A stretch of DNA of 36,020 nucleotides from a virus (Duplodnaviria > Caudoviricetes). The notes beneath the pieces were generated by a model that saw only the letters and a list, made by a program, of their open reading frames with translations, was not told where the DNA came from and did no database searches. Within the stretch, counting starts at the first letter, position 1. Each line of letters starts with the position of its first letter. Location: positions 1 through 36,020 of IMG/VR virus record IMGVR_UViG_3300044216_004865, one strand, 5' to 3'. The position numbers were made by a program, and so were the translations under genes. This document shows positions 24,855 through 33,923 of the stretch, in pieces.

Positions 24855-24890
24855 CAAATATACATACTGGATTTCCCATATGGAAGTAAA
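24855..24890 (-). promoter_or_regulatory. Bacteroidota-type -7 box with an upstream TTCC-N5-GGAA palindrome
   Basis: Minus strand TATATTTG (24862-24855); TTCCATATGGGAAAT (24885-24871). Confidence 0.6.
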
Positions 24891-25027
24891 TCACTAAAAA
24901 AGTGTATAAAAATTACCCATCTTGAACCCAAGGCGATTTGGCAATGACACTTGCCAGCTTATCCAGGCCAAGGGTCTGAGTTCCCAATGAGCCCGTCAAG
25001 GACGAACTCAAACAAACCCATACTTAC

Positions 25028-25771
25028 ATGTTTATATACAACCGATTTTTCCCAGGAACTTCACAGATCTTATTTGATGCCGCTAATGACGATGGAAATG
25101 GAGAAGCTATCGCAGATCAGATCCGAAAGGGATTTGAAAGCCTGATCAAAAAAGAGGGCGGCGAACGAGATGCAGCCCGAACATTATATGAAGAGAATTA
25201 CCAGCACCGGGAAGAGATCCGAAAGCTGAAAGAAGAAAAAGAAGAGCTCAAGAAAAACAGCCTGTCTGAAGAACAGATTGCCGAATACAAGGAATTGAAG
25301 GCCGTGCTAACCGAAAACGAATTTGAGAAGCCGGAAGACCTTAAGGAGACCCTAAAGACCTCTGTGGAAGCCAAAGAGAAACTCGCTAAGCTCGAAAAGG
25401 AGAAGTCAAACGCTGAGATAGCAGAGCTTATGGGATGGAACCCCAAGGTGTTGAACCGTATTGGCGGCGACAAAGAATATGAGATTAAGACTCGCCAGAA
25501 TGCAGATGGAGAGGACGAGAAGTACCCAGTTGTTAAAGACGGTGACAAAGAGATTGATCTTTCCAAATATGCCAAAGACGAGTGGAGCGATCTGCTACCG
25601 GCGCTTAAAGTAACCGAAAACGGTGAAGCCGGTGGTGAAGAAGACAAAGGAGGCAAGAAGTTCACTTCTCAGAACTCCAGCTCCGACAAGAAAGGCGGAG
25701 GAGAAGATGATCCCGTTGCAGCTCGTATTGCCAGAAACAAGAAAGCGCGTGGCTTAGAGGAAGAAAAATAG
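25028..25771 (+). CDS. Capsid scaffolding protein
   Basis: Highly charged coiled-coil protein upstream of the decoration and capsid genes. Confidence 0.75.
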   Translation: MFIYNRFFPGTSQILFDAANDDGNGEAIADQIRKGFESLIKKEGGERDAARTLYEENYQHREEIRKLKEEKEELKKNSLSEEQIAEYKELKAVLTENEFEKPEDLKETLKTSVEAKEKLAKLEKEKSNAEIAELMGWNPKVLNRIGGDKEYEIKTRQNADGEDEKYPVVKDGDKEIDLSKYAKDEWSDLLPALKVTENGEAGGEEDKGGKKFTSQNSSSDKKGGGEDDPVAARIARNKKARGLEEEK

Positions 25772-25834
25772 TTTCACAATAATCATTAATCGGCCTGAGA
25801 TACAAGGAGATTGAGGGCATAAATCAAAAATACT

Positions 25835-26452
25835 ATGTATACAAATTACGCTGTATCACGTCCTGGATTTATTGCCGACCCAAGCTCGGCATCAAGAGTA
25901 TCCAGGCAAGTAGATTTTAGCCGTGTACCTACTTCTTTTCAGGATGCTGATGGGAATAAGGTAGTTAGCGGGGCTACGATCGTATCTGAGCTCGGGAGCG
26001 GTAAAGTTGTTCCGAGAAGCTCTACAAAAGGCACTATTTCGAATCTTACCGAAACTGGTGAAACCGCAACTGCAACTGAGGCCGATCATGGACGCGAAGT
26101 TGGAGACACTATTGTTGTTTCCGGTGCCGCCCAAGCCGGTTATAACGGAACCTGGGTAATTGCCTCTGTAGTTGATGAGGACTCTTACACATTTGACGTT
26201 GGCGCTACTGTTGCTGACGATGCAGGTGGGGCAACCGTTATTGTACCATCAAGCGGAATTTTAGAGGCTTCAGCAGTGGAGAACTCTGAAAATGCTGCGT
26301 TAAGCGGACAGTCGATGTTGATCGGAGGTGCAGTTTATGCAGACCTGCTGGAAGATGCGGCAGACAATGACTTTGAAACCTATAAGACCGAGCTCAAGGC
26401 GGCCGGTATTGGATGGTATTTCGAGAAGTACGCTGATAACAGGGCTTCCTAA
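25835..26452 (+). CDS. Head decoration protein with an inserted beta domain
   Basis: Position before the capsid gene; G.KVV.GAT...GIL framework. Confidence 0.65.
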   Translation: MYTNYAVSRPGFIADPSSASRVSRQVDFSRVPTSFQDADGNKVVSGATIVSELGSGKVVPRSSTKGTISNLTETGETATATEADHGREVGDTIVVSGAAQAGYNGTWVIASVVDEDSYTFDVGATVADDAGGATVIVPSSGILEASAVENSENAALSGQSMLIGGAVYADLLEDAADNDFETYKTELKAAGIGWYFEKYADNRAS

Positions 26453-26489
26453 CCATTCATAACTATTAAACCAAAAGAGGAATAAAATA

Positions 26490-27611
26490 ATGATTCTTAA
26501 TTTTGCACAAGCACTTAAAGAATTAGGACCGGACGCCGCCTTTCGATTAATGCGGGAGACCCGACCTACAAGTGCATATTTGCTAACCAGCTTTTTACCA
26601 GAGATGCTTAAAGCGTCTTATAGTGTAAAGGGCGGTAATATGCTTATTCGCGCTACCATGGCCGGACTATCCGGGCAGGACTCACCCTATCCAGAGGGAG
26701 GAGTAATCTCGGCCTCTAAGTTCTTATCAGAGACCGCGAAAGTTTCTAACCAAGTAACGATGACCGAATCGGCAATTCGTGAGCTTCAGGAAATGATGTT
26801 CCGAATTAACGGGTCGGCCAGTGCTGATAAAATCAACTTAACCGAAGAGGCTCTTAACTTCTTCGAGAAATTGGTCATTCAGCCACACTGGGATACTAAT
26901 GAATATCTCATCGGTCAGATCCTAACCACTGGTCAGATTGACTGGACGTTTGGGAAGCTTAAAGTGAATGTTGATTACAAAATCCCTTCTGGGAATAAGT
27001 TAACCAACAGGTCAGGTAATGATGCCTATGACGGATCTACTTCTAAATTCTGGGCTGACGTTCGGACTATTCAGAAGAAGCTTAACTATGCTGTTGAGCA
27101 GATCGTTTGTCACCCGGACACCTTCCAGTTAGCGTTGGATAACGATGTTAACAAAATCGAAGTACTGGAACAGACGCAGACCAAATATGGCGCTTCTTAT
27201 CGAATTGCCAGACTTGTAGGTGATAACGAGCGTCGCTCAAGTGACTCTCGTGATACACTGACGATCACCACCTATGGTGCATCTGGTGAGCTTATCGACA
27301 CCACTGATCCAACCAATACGATCAAGAAGCCATTCTTGACTGCAGGTAAGCTGGTAGGTATTGGCGCAGCGGATGTTCGCGGTTATATACCCGGTGAAGG
27401 ATCTACTGATGACCCAAGCCGTAACCGCGCATTGGGATATACTCATATCGCACCCACCACAGAAGGTGGCGGACAATTAGGACGCTGGGGACGCTTGTAT
27501 GTTCCTGAAGAGCGACCTATGCAACTCGTTGGACAAGGAGTTGGAAACGTTCTTCCAGTAGTTGAATCGCCTGAGAAGATCGTAATCGCAAGTACAGACA
27601 TGCCAGCATAA
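26490..27611 (+). CDS. Major capsid protein (lambda gpE-like)
   Basis: 373 aa; E....QILTTG.I and VDYKIP motifs; gene position. Confidence 0.85.
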   Translation: MILNFAQALKELGPDAAFRLMRETRPTSAYLLTSFLPEMLKASYSVKGGNMLIRATMAGLSGQDSPYPEGGVISASKFLSETAKVSNQVTMTESAIRELQEMMFRINGSASADKINLTEEALNFFEKLVIQPHWDTNEYLIGQILTTGQIDWTFGKLKVNVDYKIPSGNKLTNRSGNDAYDGSTSKFWADVRTIQKKLNYAVEQIVCHPDTFQLALDNDVNKIEVLEQTQTKYGASYRIARLVGDNERRSSDSRDTLTITTYGASGELIDTTDPTNTIKKPFLTAGKLVGIGAADVRGYIPGEGSTDDPSRNRALGYTHIAPTTEGGGQLGRWGRLYVPEERPMQLVGQGVGNVLPVVESPEKIVIASTDMPA

Positions 27612-28114
27612 TGGGTGAACAAAAGACTGTACTGGTAGATCTTAAAAGCTCTGTTGAGGTGGGGGGTACAATGTATCACCCCAACTCGCAGGGCGTTAGG
27701 ATGCCAGTAAATCACGCCAAAGCAATAGGAGCTACCATTAAGAAGGAAGTCAAAGAGACCTCTTCAAAGAGTAGCGATAAAGAAACTTCTGAAAAGAAGG
27801 GCTCCAAGAAATCAGATGAATCAGTAGAAGAAGCGGACAAATCTGAAGAAGAGATTGTGGAAGGCCCACAGGATCAATCTTCTGAAAGTTCCGTTTCTGA
27901 ATCTGAGGAACCGGCAGCCGATAAAGCTGAAAAACAGGTAAGTGATATTAAGCAAGTCGCTGACCTTCCGGTAGATGATGACATTTTGGAGAAGCTGTTA
28001 GCCGATGAGCGATTCAGTTCAATGGAAGCCCTGGTAGAGAATCAGGATCAGCTTACCGATGTGAACGGAATTGGTCCTGCTACTGCCAAAACTATTGTTG
28101 AAGCACTTGGATAA
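27611..28114 (+). CDS. Acidic-linker protein with a C-terminal helix-hairpin-helix
   Basis: LTDVNGIGPATAKTI. Confidence 0.75.
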   Translation: MGEQKTVLVDLKSSVEVGGTMYHPNSQGVRMPVNHAKAIGATIKKEVKETSSKSSDKETSEKKGSKKSDESVEEADKSEEEIVEGPQDQSSESSVSESEEPAADKAEKQVSDIKQVADLPVDDDILEKLLADERFSSMEALVENQDQLTDVNGIGPATAKTIVEALG

Positions 28115-28119
28115 AAGGT

Positions 28120-28506
28120 ATGAGCGCAACCTACAACATAACCGCGCACCCGTTACTCTCAGACAAGGCGAAGAAGCTTTACGCTGATAGTCCGAGTGCG
28201 TTTGATGCGGTAGCCGAAGCGGCTGAACGCACGTTGGGGTTGCACGCTACCTCTTTTACCGACAGCAAGGCAGAAGATGCCAAGTTGGCGATAACTTACC
28301 AGGTGAATCACGATCTGGCACAAACCGAAGATGCTGAGATTTATGAAGCTGTTGAACGCGGAGAGCGGACATGGCGATATCGTAAATCAGTTGACCCGGT
28401 AAGCAGTAAAGCCAGTGGCATAGCACAGCGATTGCTTGACTCCCTCAAATCGAATAGCACAAGGAGCTCTTCATCAATAGGCGTGGGGGTAACACGTGGA
28501 TGGTAA
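28120..28506 (+). CDS. Putative head-tail adaptor
   Basis: Size and position after the capsid module. Confidence 0.55.
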   Translation: MSATYNITAHPLLSDKAKKLYADSPSAFDAVAEAAERTLGLHATSFTDSKAEDAKLAITYQVNHDLAQTEDAEIYEAVERGERTWRYRKSVDPVSSKASGIAQRLLDSLKSNSTRSSSSIGVGVTRGW

Positions 28507-28840
28507 CTACGAAAGTCACCTAAAGATCATTTCAGCTACTTCAGGAACACAGGATCCGGATACCGGAGCATGGACACCTGATGGAGCGGCAACCACTATT
28601 TATGACGATGAGTGTGACGCACAGGAAATGAGTCAAAAGGGGCTTGAAATAGCCAAATCCATAGACGGCGTGCAAGATCTTCAAAACGTACTTGAAGTCT
28701 ACCTGAAAGACGAATATAAACTAAACAGCATTCCAATTAATGCCAGCGGTACACTCACCAGAAACGGAGAAGATCTCCCGGTAAAGGTGATGGCGAAGCG
28801 AGTCATTGACGGCGTGCTGATCATAGAATCTAACCCTTAA
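28496..28840 (+). CDS. Putative head closure protein
   Basis: DPDTGAW motif, beta-rich sequence and position. Confidence 0.55.
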   Translation: MDGNYESHLKIISATSGTQDPDTGAWTPDGAATTIYDDECDAQEMSQKGLEIAKSIDGVQDLQNVLEVYLKDEYKLNSIPINASGTLTRNGEDLPVKVMAKRVIDGVLIIESNP

Positions 28841-28863
28841 TACCTAACAAAACGGAGAATGAC

Positions 28864-29217
28864 ATGAAGTCTATTTTTTCCTTTTGCCTGGTCTTTTTAC
28901 TGATGGTGATGGCGGTGCCGAGCGCTGCTAATTACATTGATACTCAGGACCAAGTGCAATACGAGCAGGTGATCGATATGCCGAGTGCAGATCAGGTTGC
29001 TACCCAAGCAGAATTTGAATCCTTTGATTATGTGATGATCGATGTTGGTAAGGATGCAAGCCAATTGATCACCACTGACTTTGAAGATGATCACCAGGTA
29101 TTTAGTGCTGAGTTCAGGCAATACGAACAGCTCAAAGATCGTGCCGATACCAAACCAAAGACCGCCAGAGGACACAGGAGTATGAATCACTCTCCGCCTC
29201 AGATCGGATTCAACTAA
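28864..29217 (+). CDS. Secreted protein with a signal peptide
   Basis: MKSIFSFCLVFLLMVMAVPSAA; GGAG SD. Confidence 0.7.
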   Translation: MKSIFSFCLVFLLMVMAVPSAANYIDTQDQVQYEQVIDMPSADQVATQAEFESFDYVMIDVGKDASQLITTDFEDDHQVFSAEFRQYEQLKDRADTKPKTARGHRSMNHSPPQIGFN

Positions 29218-29230
29218 TTGAAAATCAATT

Positions 29231-29262
29231 AAAAGCCCCTTGTCCAGATAGGGGGCTTTTTT
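29231..29262. terminator. Intrinsic terminator, possibly bidirectional
   Basis: AAAAGCCCCT...GGGGGCTTTTTT. Confidence 0.8.
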
Positions 29263-29273
29263 AAAAGAATATC

Positions 29274-29762
29274 ATGAACTCATTTAAACCCGAAATAATC
29301 AACGACGATCATCTTCAGTACGCAGAAAACACGCTGAATGACGATGAAGGATTTGTCCAACAGCCCTACCAGGATACGAAGGGTATTTGGACCGTCGGAT
29401 TTGGATTCAATCTACAGGCAACGCCGATGCCTCGAGCAGTGGCTAACCTATGGAAAACCCTGCTTGTGGAGAAGATCGACAAGTGGTTGACCGAGAAGTA
29501 CGGATACTATAGCAAGCTAAGTGATGTACGCAAAGCCGTGTTAATAAACATGACCTACCAGATGGGTCAGGGCGGGATTCAGAAGTTCGTGAAGATGCAC
29601 AAAGCCTTGATGGGCTCTGATTATGTAACCGCGATAGACGAGATGAAGGATTCGAGTTGGTATCGCAATCACAAGCTACGTGGAGACCGGCTTGTGTATA
29701 TGATGAGATTTGATCAATACGCTACCCGGGAGGGGGCTAAAAGCTATTACACCAATGAGTGA
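29274..29762 (+). CDS. Endolysin, T4-type lysozyme (GH24)
   Basis: EG...Y.DT.G.WTVG.G catalytic E/D/T; NM.YQMG; DS.WY. Confidence 0.9.
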   Translation: MNSFKPEIINDDHLQYAENTLNDDEGFVQQPYQDTKGIWTVGFGFNLQATPMPRAVANLWKTLLVEKIDKWLTEKYGYYSKLSDVRKAVLINMTYQMGQGGIQKFVKMHKALMGSDYVTAIDEMKDSSWYRNHKLRGDRLVYMMRFDQYATREGAKSYYTNE

Positions 29763-30042
29763 TCAATCAAAAGAACAATCAAAAGAATGGGTAACACCTA
29801 AGAGCTTACTAACCATACTTGAGATCGTTGTGATGGGAGTCATGGTGGTTTGGGTTTTCGCCTTCATGAGAGCAGACCTAACCCGGCATGACAACGAGAT
29901 CAAAGAGAATATAAATCAGATAAAGGAAAACAGATCTCGATTGAACACGGTGGATATTAACCAAGCTGTTACCCAGGAGCAGTATCGGCAGATCATTGAT
30001 AAGATTGATGAATTAGGAAGAAAGTTAGATGAGCAACGATAA
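29755..30042 (+). CDS. TM plus coiled-coil lysis-associated protein
   Basis: One TM helix followed by a coiled coil, next to the endolysin; start at 29755 preferred. Confidence 0.65.
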   Translation: MSDQSKEQSKEWVTPKSLLTILEIVVMGVMVVWVFAFMRADLTRHDNEIKENINQIKENRSRLNTVDINQAVTQEQYRQIIDKIDELGRKLDEQR

Positions 30043-30589
30043 AGACATACCGAAAGTAAGTAACGGCGAGGCACCGGAGTTTGATCTTGATAGTGCAAAG
30101 GTGCCTTATGGAGATCGTGATCTGGATTCATTCATGAAAAAGAGCAAAGGAAATTTTTGGAAGCATACCGCCGCAGGGCGCACGCTGACTTTAAGAAATA
30201 AAACAGGCAAGACTATTGCCGGTGTGCTGACCACGGCGGTCGGTGTTGTAACCGGTCTGGACTTGTCACCAATTATAACCCCTATTATGGGAGGAACCGA
30301 GATGGATTTTTTAGCAGACATGGGATTGATCGAGATCATTATAACCGCTGCAACCTTTTTACTTGTGGCCGGAGTGAGCTGGATAGGAGCCTACTTTAAG
30401 CTTCCATCTGCTTTCCAAAGAAAGCTTACACAGTTTATTGAGGTAGCTTCCACTGAGCTTGAAAAGGCCGTGGACGAGGAAAGCGAAAAAGGCCGCAAGG
30501 TCACTCGAAACGAGATCAGGAACGGACTTTATGCCACTTTTAAAGTGGTGTTTAAAAAAAACCCGGAAGAACTAACCAGCGCTAAATAA
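30029..30589 (+). CDS. Holin-like membrane protein
   Basis: Two hydrophobic segments; located in the lysis cassette. Confidence 0.55.
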   Translation: MSNDKDIPKVSNGEAPEFDLDSAKVPYGDRDLDSFMKKSKGNFWKHTAAGRTLTLRNKTGKTIAGVLTTAVGVVTGLDLSPIITPIMGGTEMDFLADMGLIEIIITAATFLLVAGVSWIGAYFKLPSAFQRKLTQFIEVASTELEKAVDEESEKGRKVTRNEIRNGLYATFKVVFKKNPEELTSAK

Positions 30590-30594
30590 GAATC

Positions 30595-31074
30595 ATGTTA
30601 ACCCCAACCCGAACAGCAGACATACTACCGGAGTGCAAGGAATTACTTTCCGTTGCTGACATCAACTCCGCTTTAGGTGGAGCTGATCGTACGTTTGTCG
30701 CTGAAGGTGACGAGTTAACCATAGACTTCCCTACTCCGGACAGTAATGGCTTTGCAGGGCGCATTGTGCTTATGGATACCATTAACGGAGCAGGAGGGCA
30801 AACAGAGTATCCAGACAAAGTGCGTGGGTATAAGTTCAAGGCTCGTGTTGATATCCTGCCCATTGAAAGCCCTGAGTACAACACCAAGCTGGTGGCAGAG
30901 TATATCCATCACCTGATTTACATGAAGCTTCATGGACAGAAATTAACGCTTGCACATGCAGATCAAGTTTATAAGCTGAAAAGACTTACTGAAACAACAC
31001 CGCTCTTTGCAACCGAACAGGGTTGGAAGTATATGAGCGCTACCTATTTAACCATTTTAGCCCCGAAACCATGA
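30595..31074 (+). CDS. Putative tail terminator
   Basis: Size, alpha/beta pattern and position before the tail tube genes. Confidence 0.55.
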   Translation: MLTPTRTADILPECKELLSVADINSALGGADRTFVAEGDELTIDFPTPDSNGFAGRIVLMDTINGAGGQTEYPDKVRGYKFKARVDILPIESPEYNTKLVAEYIHHLIYMKLHGQKLTLAHADQVYKLKRLTETTPLFATEQGWKYMSATYLTILAPKP

Positions 31075-32261
31075 GTCAAAAAGAAGAATATCGAATAGGT
31101 CCGTGCCGAATTTTAAGCGCGGCCAATGTTACAGACCCTATCGCAGATTGGTTTGATCACGGCTACACACAAGGCAATGTGGTAGCCTCTATTCAACCGG
31201 GAAAAACTATTTTGAACAGGGTAGATCAGCTGGGCTCTATTCCACTTGCCAGTGCTGTATGGAAATTCGGAGATACTTTTGAGCTATCATTTCCGCTCAT
31301 TGACAAGCAGCTCGATAACCTGCTGAAAGTTGTACCAGGTAGTGTGAAGCTGACCAATAACGCTAAAGATGCCCTTGGGATCAAGGTAAACGTAGCGAAG
31401 TTCACAGGAAGAGCTTGGGCATTGGTACCTGTAGATGAATATACCGCAGGAGATCCATGGTGGGACGCTGACCATGCAATTATGGTATTCAACGGATATG
31501 CGAATGTGAATGACCGCATTCAGACTTACAAGCTTGCTGAAGAGAATGATCTTGCTCCATTTGAAGTAACCGTAACCCATGTAAGCTCTACTCATGGCCG
31601 AGGCACGATTGGTACTGCCTACCTTGCAGGTGTTGACGTTATCGGATTTGATTTAGCTGCAGAGATCGATAAGCGTGTAACCTCCGCTGCAACGGTAACA
31701 GCACTCAATGGGGCGGGTATTGACACGCTCCGTGACCTGGTGGATAATAGCGGTGCTTTGGATCTGTCCAGTGCAACCCTTACCGATCCGGCAGGACTTG
31801 AATATGCGTTCAACAGTTCAGCAATTAATCTGAGCACGAACAGTATTCCGGAAGCGGAGATGAGTGACCTTATTGATGCTATTTGGAGGGCACGTGCTTC
31901 TTTTGGATCCGCCTCATGTGCGCTGACGATAACGGGTAATAACGGGGTGGATGCCGACGCTACCGCCCGAATAAACGGAACCGGTGCTTATGCCTATGCC
32001 ATCAACGCGGTAGATCAGGCGAATAAATCTTTTACTATCGCCGGAGACCATCGGGATACCTTTATAAACGGACAGACTGTTGAGGTAGAGAATAGTACGG
32101 GCAATGATGGTTCTTTCACTTATAACGGAGCACTTGAACCGAACTATGACCCGGTAAATAACCAGACTACTATTTATGTGAACGAGGCTATTTCGAGCGC
32201 CACCGCGGACGGGAATGTTAACGACGGACTGATTGGTGCCGGAATGACTGTAACCACTTAA
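31071..32261 (+). CDS. Tail tube-like protein with a C-terminal extension
   Basis: The N-terminal half aligns by eye with 32622-33263; ATGA overlap at 31071. Confidence 0.7.
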   Translation: MSQKEEYRIGPCRILSAANVTDPIADWFDHGYTQGNVVASIQPGKTILNRVDQLGSIPLASAVWKFGDTFELSFPLIDKQLDNLLKVVPGSVKLTNNAKDALGIKVNVAKFTGRAWALVPVDEYTAGDPWWDADHAIMVFNGYANVNDRIQTYKLAEENDLAPFEVTVTHVSSTHGRGTIGTAYLAGVDVIGFDLAAEIDKRVTSAATVTALNGAGIDTLRDLVDNSGALDLSSATLTDPAGLEYAFNSSAINLSTNSIPEAEMSDLIDAIWRARASFGSASCALTITGNNGVDADATARINGTGAYAYAINAVDQANKSFTIAGDHRDTFINGQTVEVENSTGNDGSFTYNGALEPNYDPVNNQTTIYVNEAISSATADGNVNDGLIGAGMTVTT

Positions 32262-32271
32262 GGAGATCATT

Positions 32272-32619
32272 ATGAGTAAAACGATTGTAGTTATAAAGAA
32301 TCAAAACGGAGCCTATCAGGACGAAGGCGGAGAAAGGTTCAATCTTTTTGTGGTACCTGATGGAGCAACGGTAGCGACCAAGAAGCCGACCTTCAGCGCT
32401 TCCTCACTTAGTGAGTTTTGCGAGGAGAAAGGCTTTGAGAAGATCCAGTCCGATACTCCGCTTGATAAAGATACCCCGGAGTATGACCGTCTTATAGAAA
32501 GCGGTATTGAAACCAACGAGTCAGCCCTTGAATGGGATCTAACAGAAATTAAAGGAATTGGCCCGGCAACGGCCAAAAAGATTGTCAATCACATCAATTC
32601 AAAAAAACAAGGTGAATAA
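32272..32619 (+). CDS. Helix-hairpin-helix domain protein
   Basis: LTEIKGIGPATAKKI; AAGGAG SD. Confidence 0.75.
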   Translation: MSKTIVVIKNQNGAYQDEGGERFNLFVVPDGATVATKKPTFSASSLSEFCEEKGFEKIQSDTPLDKDTPEYDRLIESGIETNESALEWDLTEIKGIGPATAKKIVNHINSKKQGE

Positions 32620-32621
32620 CC

Positions 32622-33263
32622 ATGCCAGAAGTATATAAAATTGGACCCTGTGCAGTTCTGTACGGTGATCCTACACAAGCAGCAGGAGCGGGAATGCAGT
32701 TCCTCGGTCATATCCGGGGCGAAGTTACTGTAAACCCTCAGATCAACATTTCAATGGGCCGCGTGGACGCCAAGGGCATGATCGGCCTTGCGAGCACTCT
32801 TTTTAACTCAGGCGCTCAGCCTGTGGCTTCTATCCCTTTTGTGGATGAAGAGAAGGCAAAGCTCAAGGAATTACTACCCGGAAGCTCCATTGAGAGTAAT
32901 GGTGGTAAGACAGCCCTTGTACTTGGTAAAGGAGTAAATCGTATTGCTCTTTCTGATATCAAGACGCTGGCGATCGTTCCTATCGATGAACTGGACCAGG
33001 GGACAAACGGTATTGATGCGCCAAACGCATGGTGGTTCCCAAGAGCTATCTGTAATGACTTCGGATCAATTACATTCAACCTTCCTGAAGGAGAGGACAA
33101 CCTTTCGAGCGTAGCACGAACTACCGCCTTTGCGAGTTTGTACCATCCTACGGATCTGGCCGGAGAAGATGTTCCTGAGAATGCACGTGTTGGATTTCAA
33201 GGATCACCCGAAGGTGCCGGATGTACCGGTTGGACCTTACCTGACTTAAGCGCCGTACTCTAA
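32622..33263 (+). CDS. Major tail (tube) protein
   Basis: IGP...LG..RG.V and FPRA motifs; position before the chaperone and tape measure genes. Confidence 0.75.
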   Translation: MPEVYKIGPCAVLYGDPTQAAGAGMQFLGHIRGEVTVNPQINISMGRVDAKGMIGLASTLFNSGAQPVASIPFVDEEKAKLKELLPGSSIESNGGKTALVLGKGVNRIALSDIKTLAIVPIDELDQGTNGIDAPNAWWFPRAICNDFGSITFNLPEGEDNLSSVARTTAFASLYHPTDLAGEDVPENARVGFQGSPEGAGCTGWTLPDLSAVL

Positions 33264-33281
33264 AATAGAAGGGAATGGTAC

Positions 33282-33923
33282 ATGAGCCTGTCAACATCGT
33301 GTTTGAAGAGAAAGATTACCCTTGGTAGCTCTGTAGCATATATAGAGCCTCCAACGGTGCGTCAAGCCGTGGAGATTCTCCATGTTCTTACGAACATGGA
33401 GGACTCCGAAGACGAGGCGCTTCTCTTTGAACTGATTGCTGGTCTTGGGTGGTATAAAACCGCAGATGCTGTACATAAGCTTAGGCTGATGTACGGTAAG
33501 AATAGGTTTCTATTTGCCCGCACCATATCCAACTTGCTTCTGCAAGGGTATTCACCGCCCGAGAAGACAAATAAAGACGAAGAAGGGGATAGGAAGGTTA
33601 AGTCTTCCTCCCCGGATTGGTCGGAGTTAGTGCATGATTATTGCCGCGCTTATGGCAGTGATCCGTGGACGGCTTACAACTTACCCTTCCCTTTCTTCAT
33701 GGAGATGATGAATGACAGGAATCGGGAAATTGCACGGCGTCATCTTGACCGGGCTTTTGAAGTTTCTGCCGGGTTTGGTTCGAAAGAATTATTCAAGCGG
33801 TGGACGGAAAATGCTGAATATGGTAAAAGTGAAGCCGAAGAAAAGGCGGATAAGTACTCTGAGGATTTGAGTGAAGAGCAGATCAACGCTAACCGACGAA
33901 ACCTGAAACGGAGGTTCCAGTGA
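33282..33923 (+). CDS. Tail assembly chaperone (G/T-like domains in one frame)
   Basis: PPTV N-terminal half, a charged linker, and a YG.DP....LP...F C-terminal half. Confidence 0.6.
   Translation: MSLSTSCLKRKITLGSSVAYIEPPTVRQAVEILHVLTNMEDSEDEALLFELIAGLGWYKTADAVHKLRLMYGKNRFLFARTISNLLLQGYSPPEKTNKDEEGDRKVKSSSPDWSELVHDYCRAYGSDPWTAYNLPFPFFMEMMNDRNREIARRHLDRAFEVSAGFGSKELFKRWTENAEYGKSEAEEKADKYSEDLSEEQINANRRNLKRRFQ

Noticed and set aside
30554-30561. A8 homopolymer as a phase-variation site
   Set aside because: It lies in the last codons of an intact ORF, so a slip would have little predicted effect.
33282-33923. Programmed -1 frameshift in the tail chaperone
   Set aside because: Both halves are already in one frame and I saw no convincing slippery heptamer at the junction.
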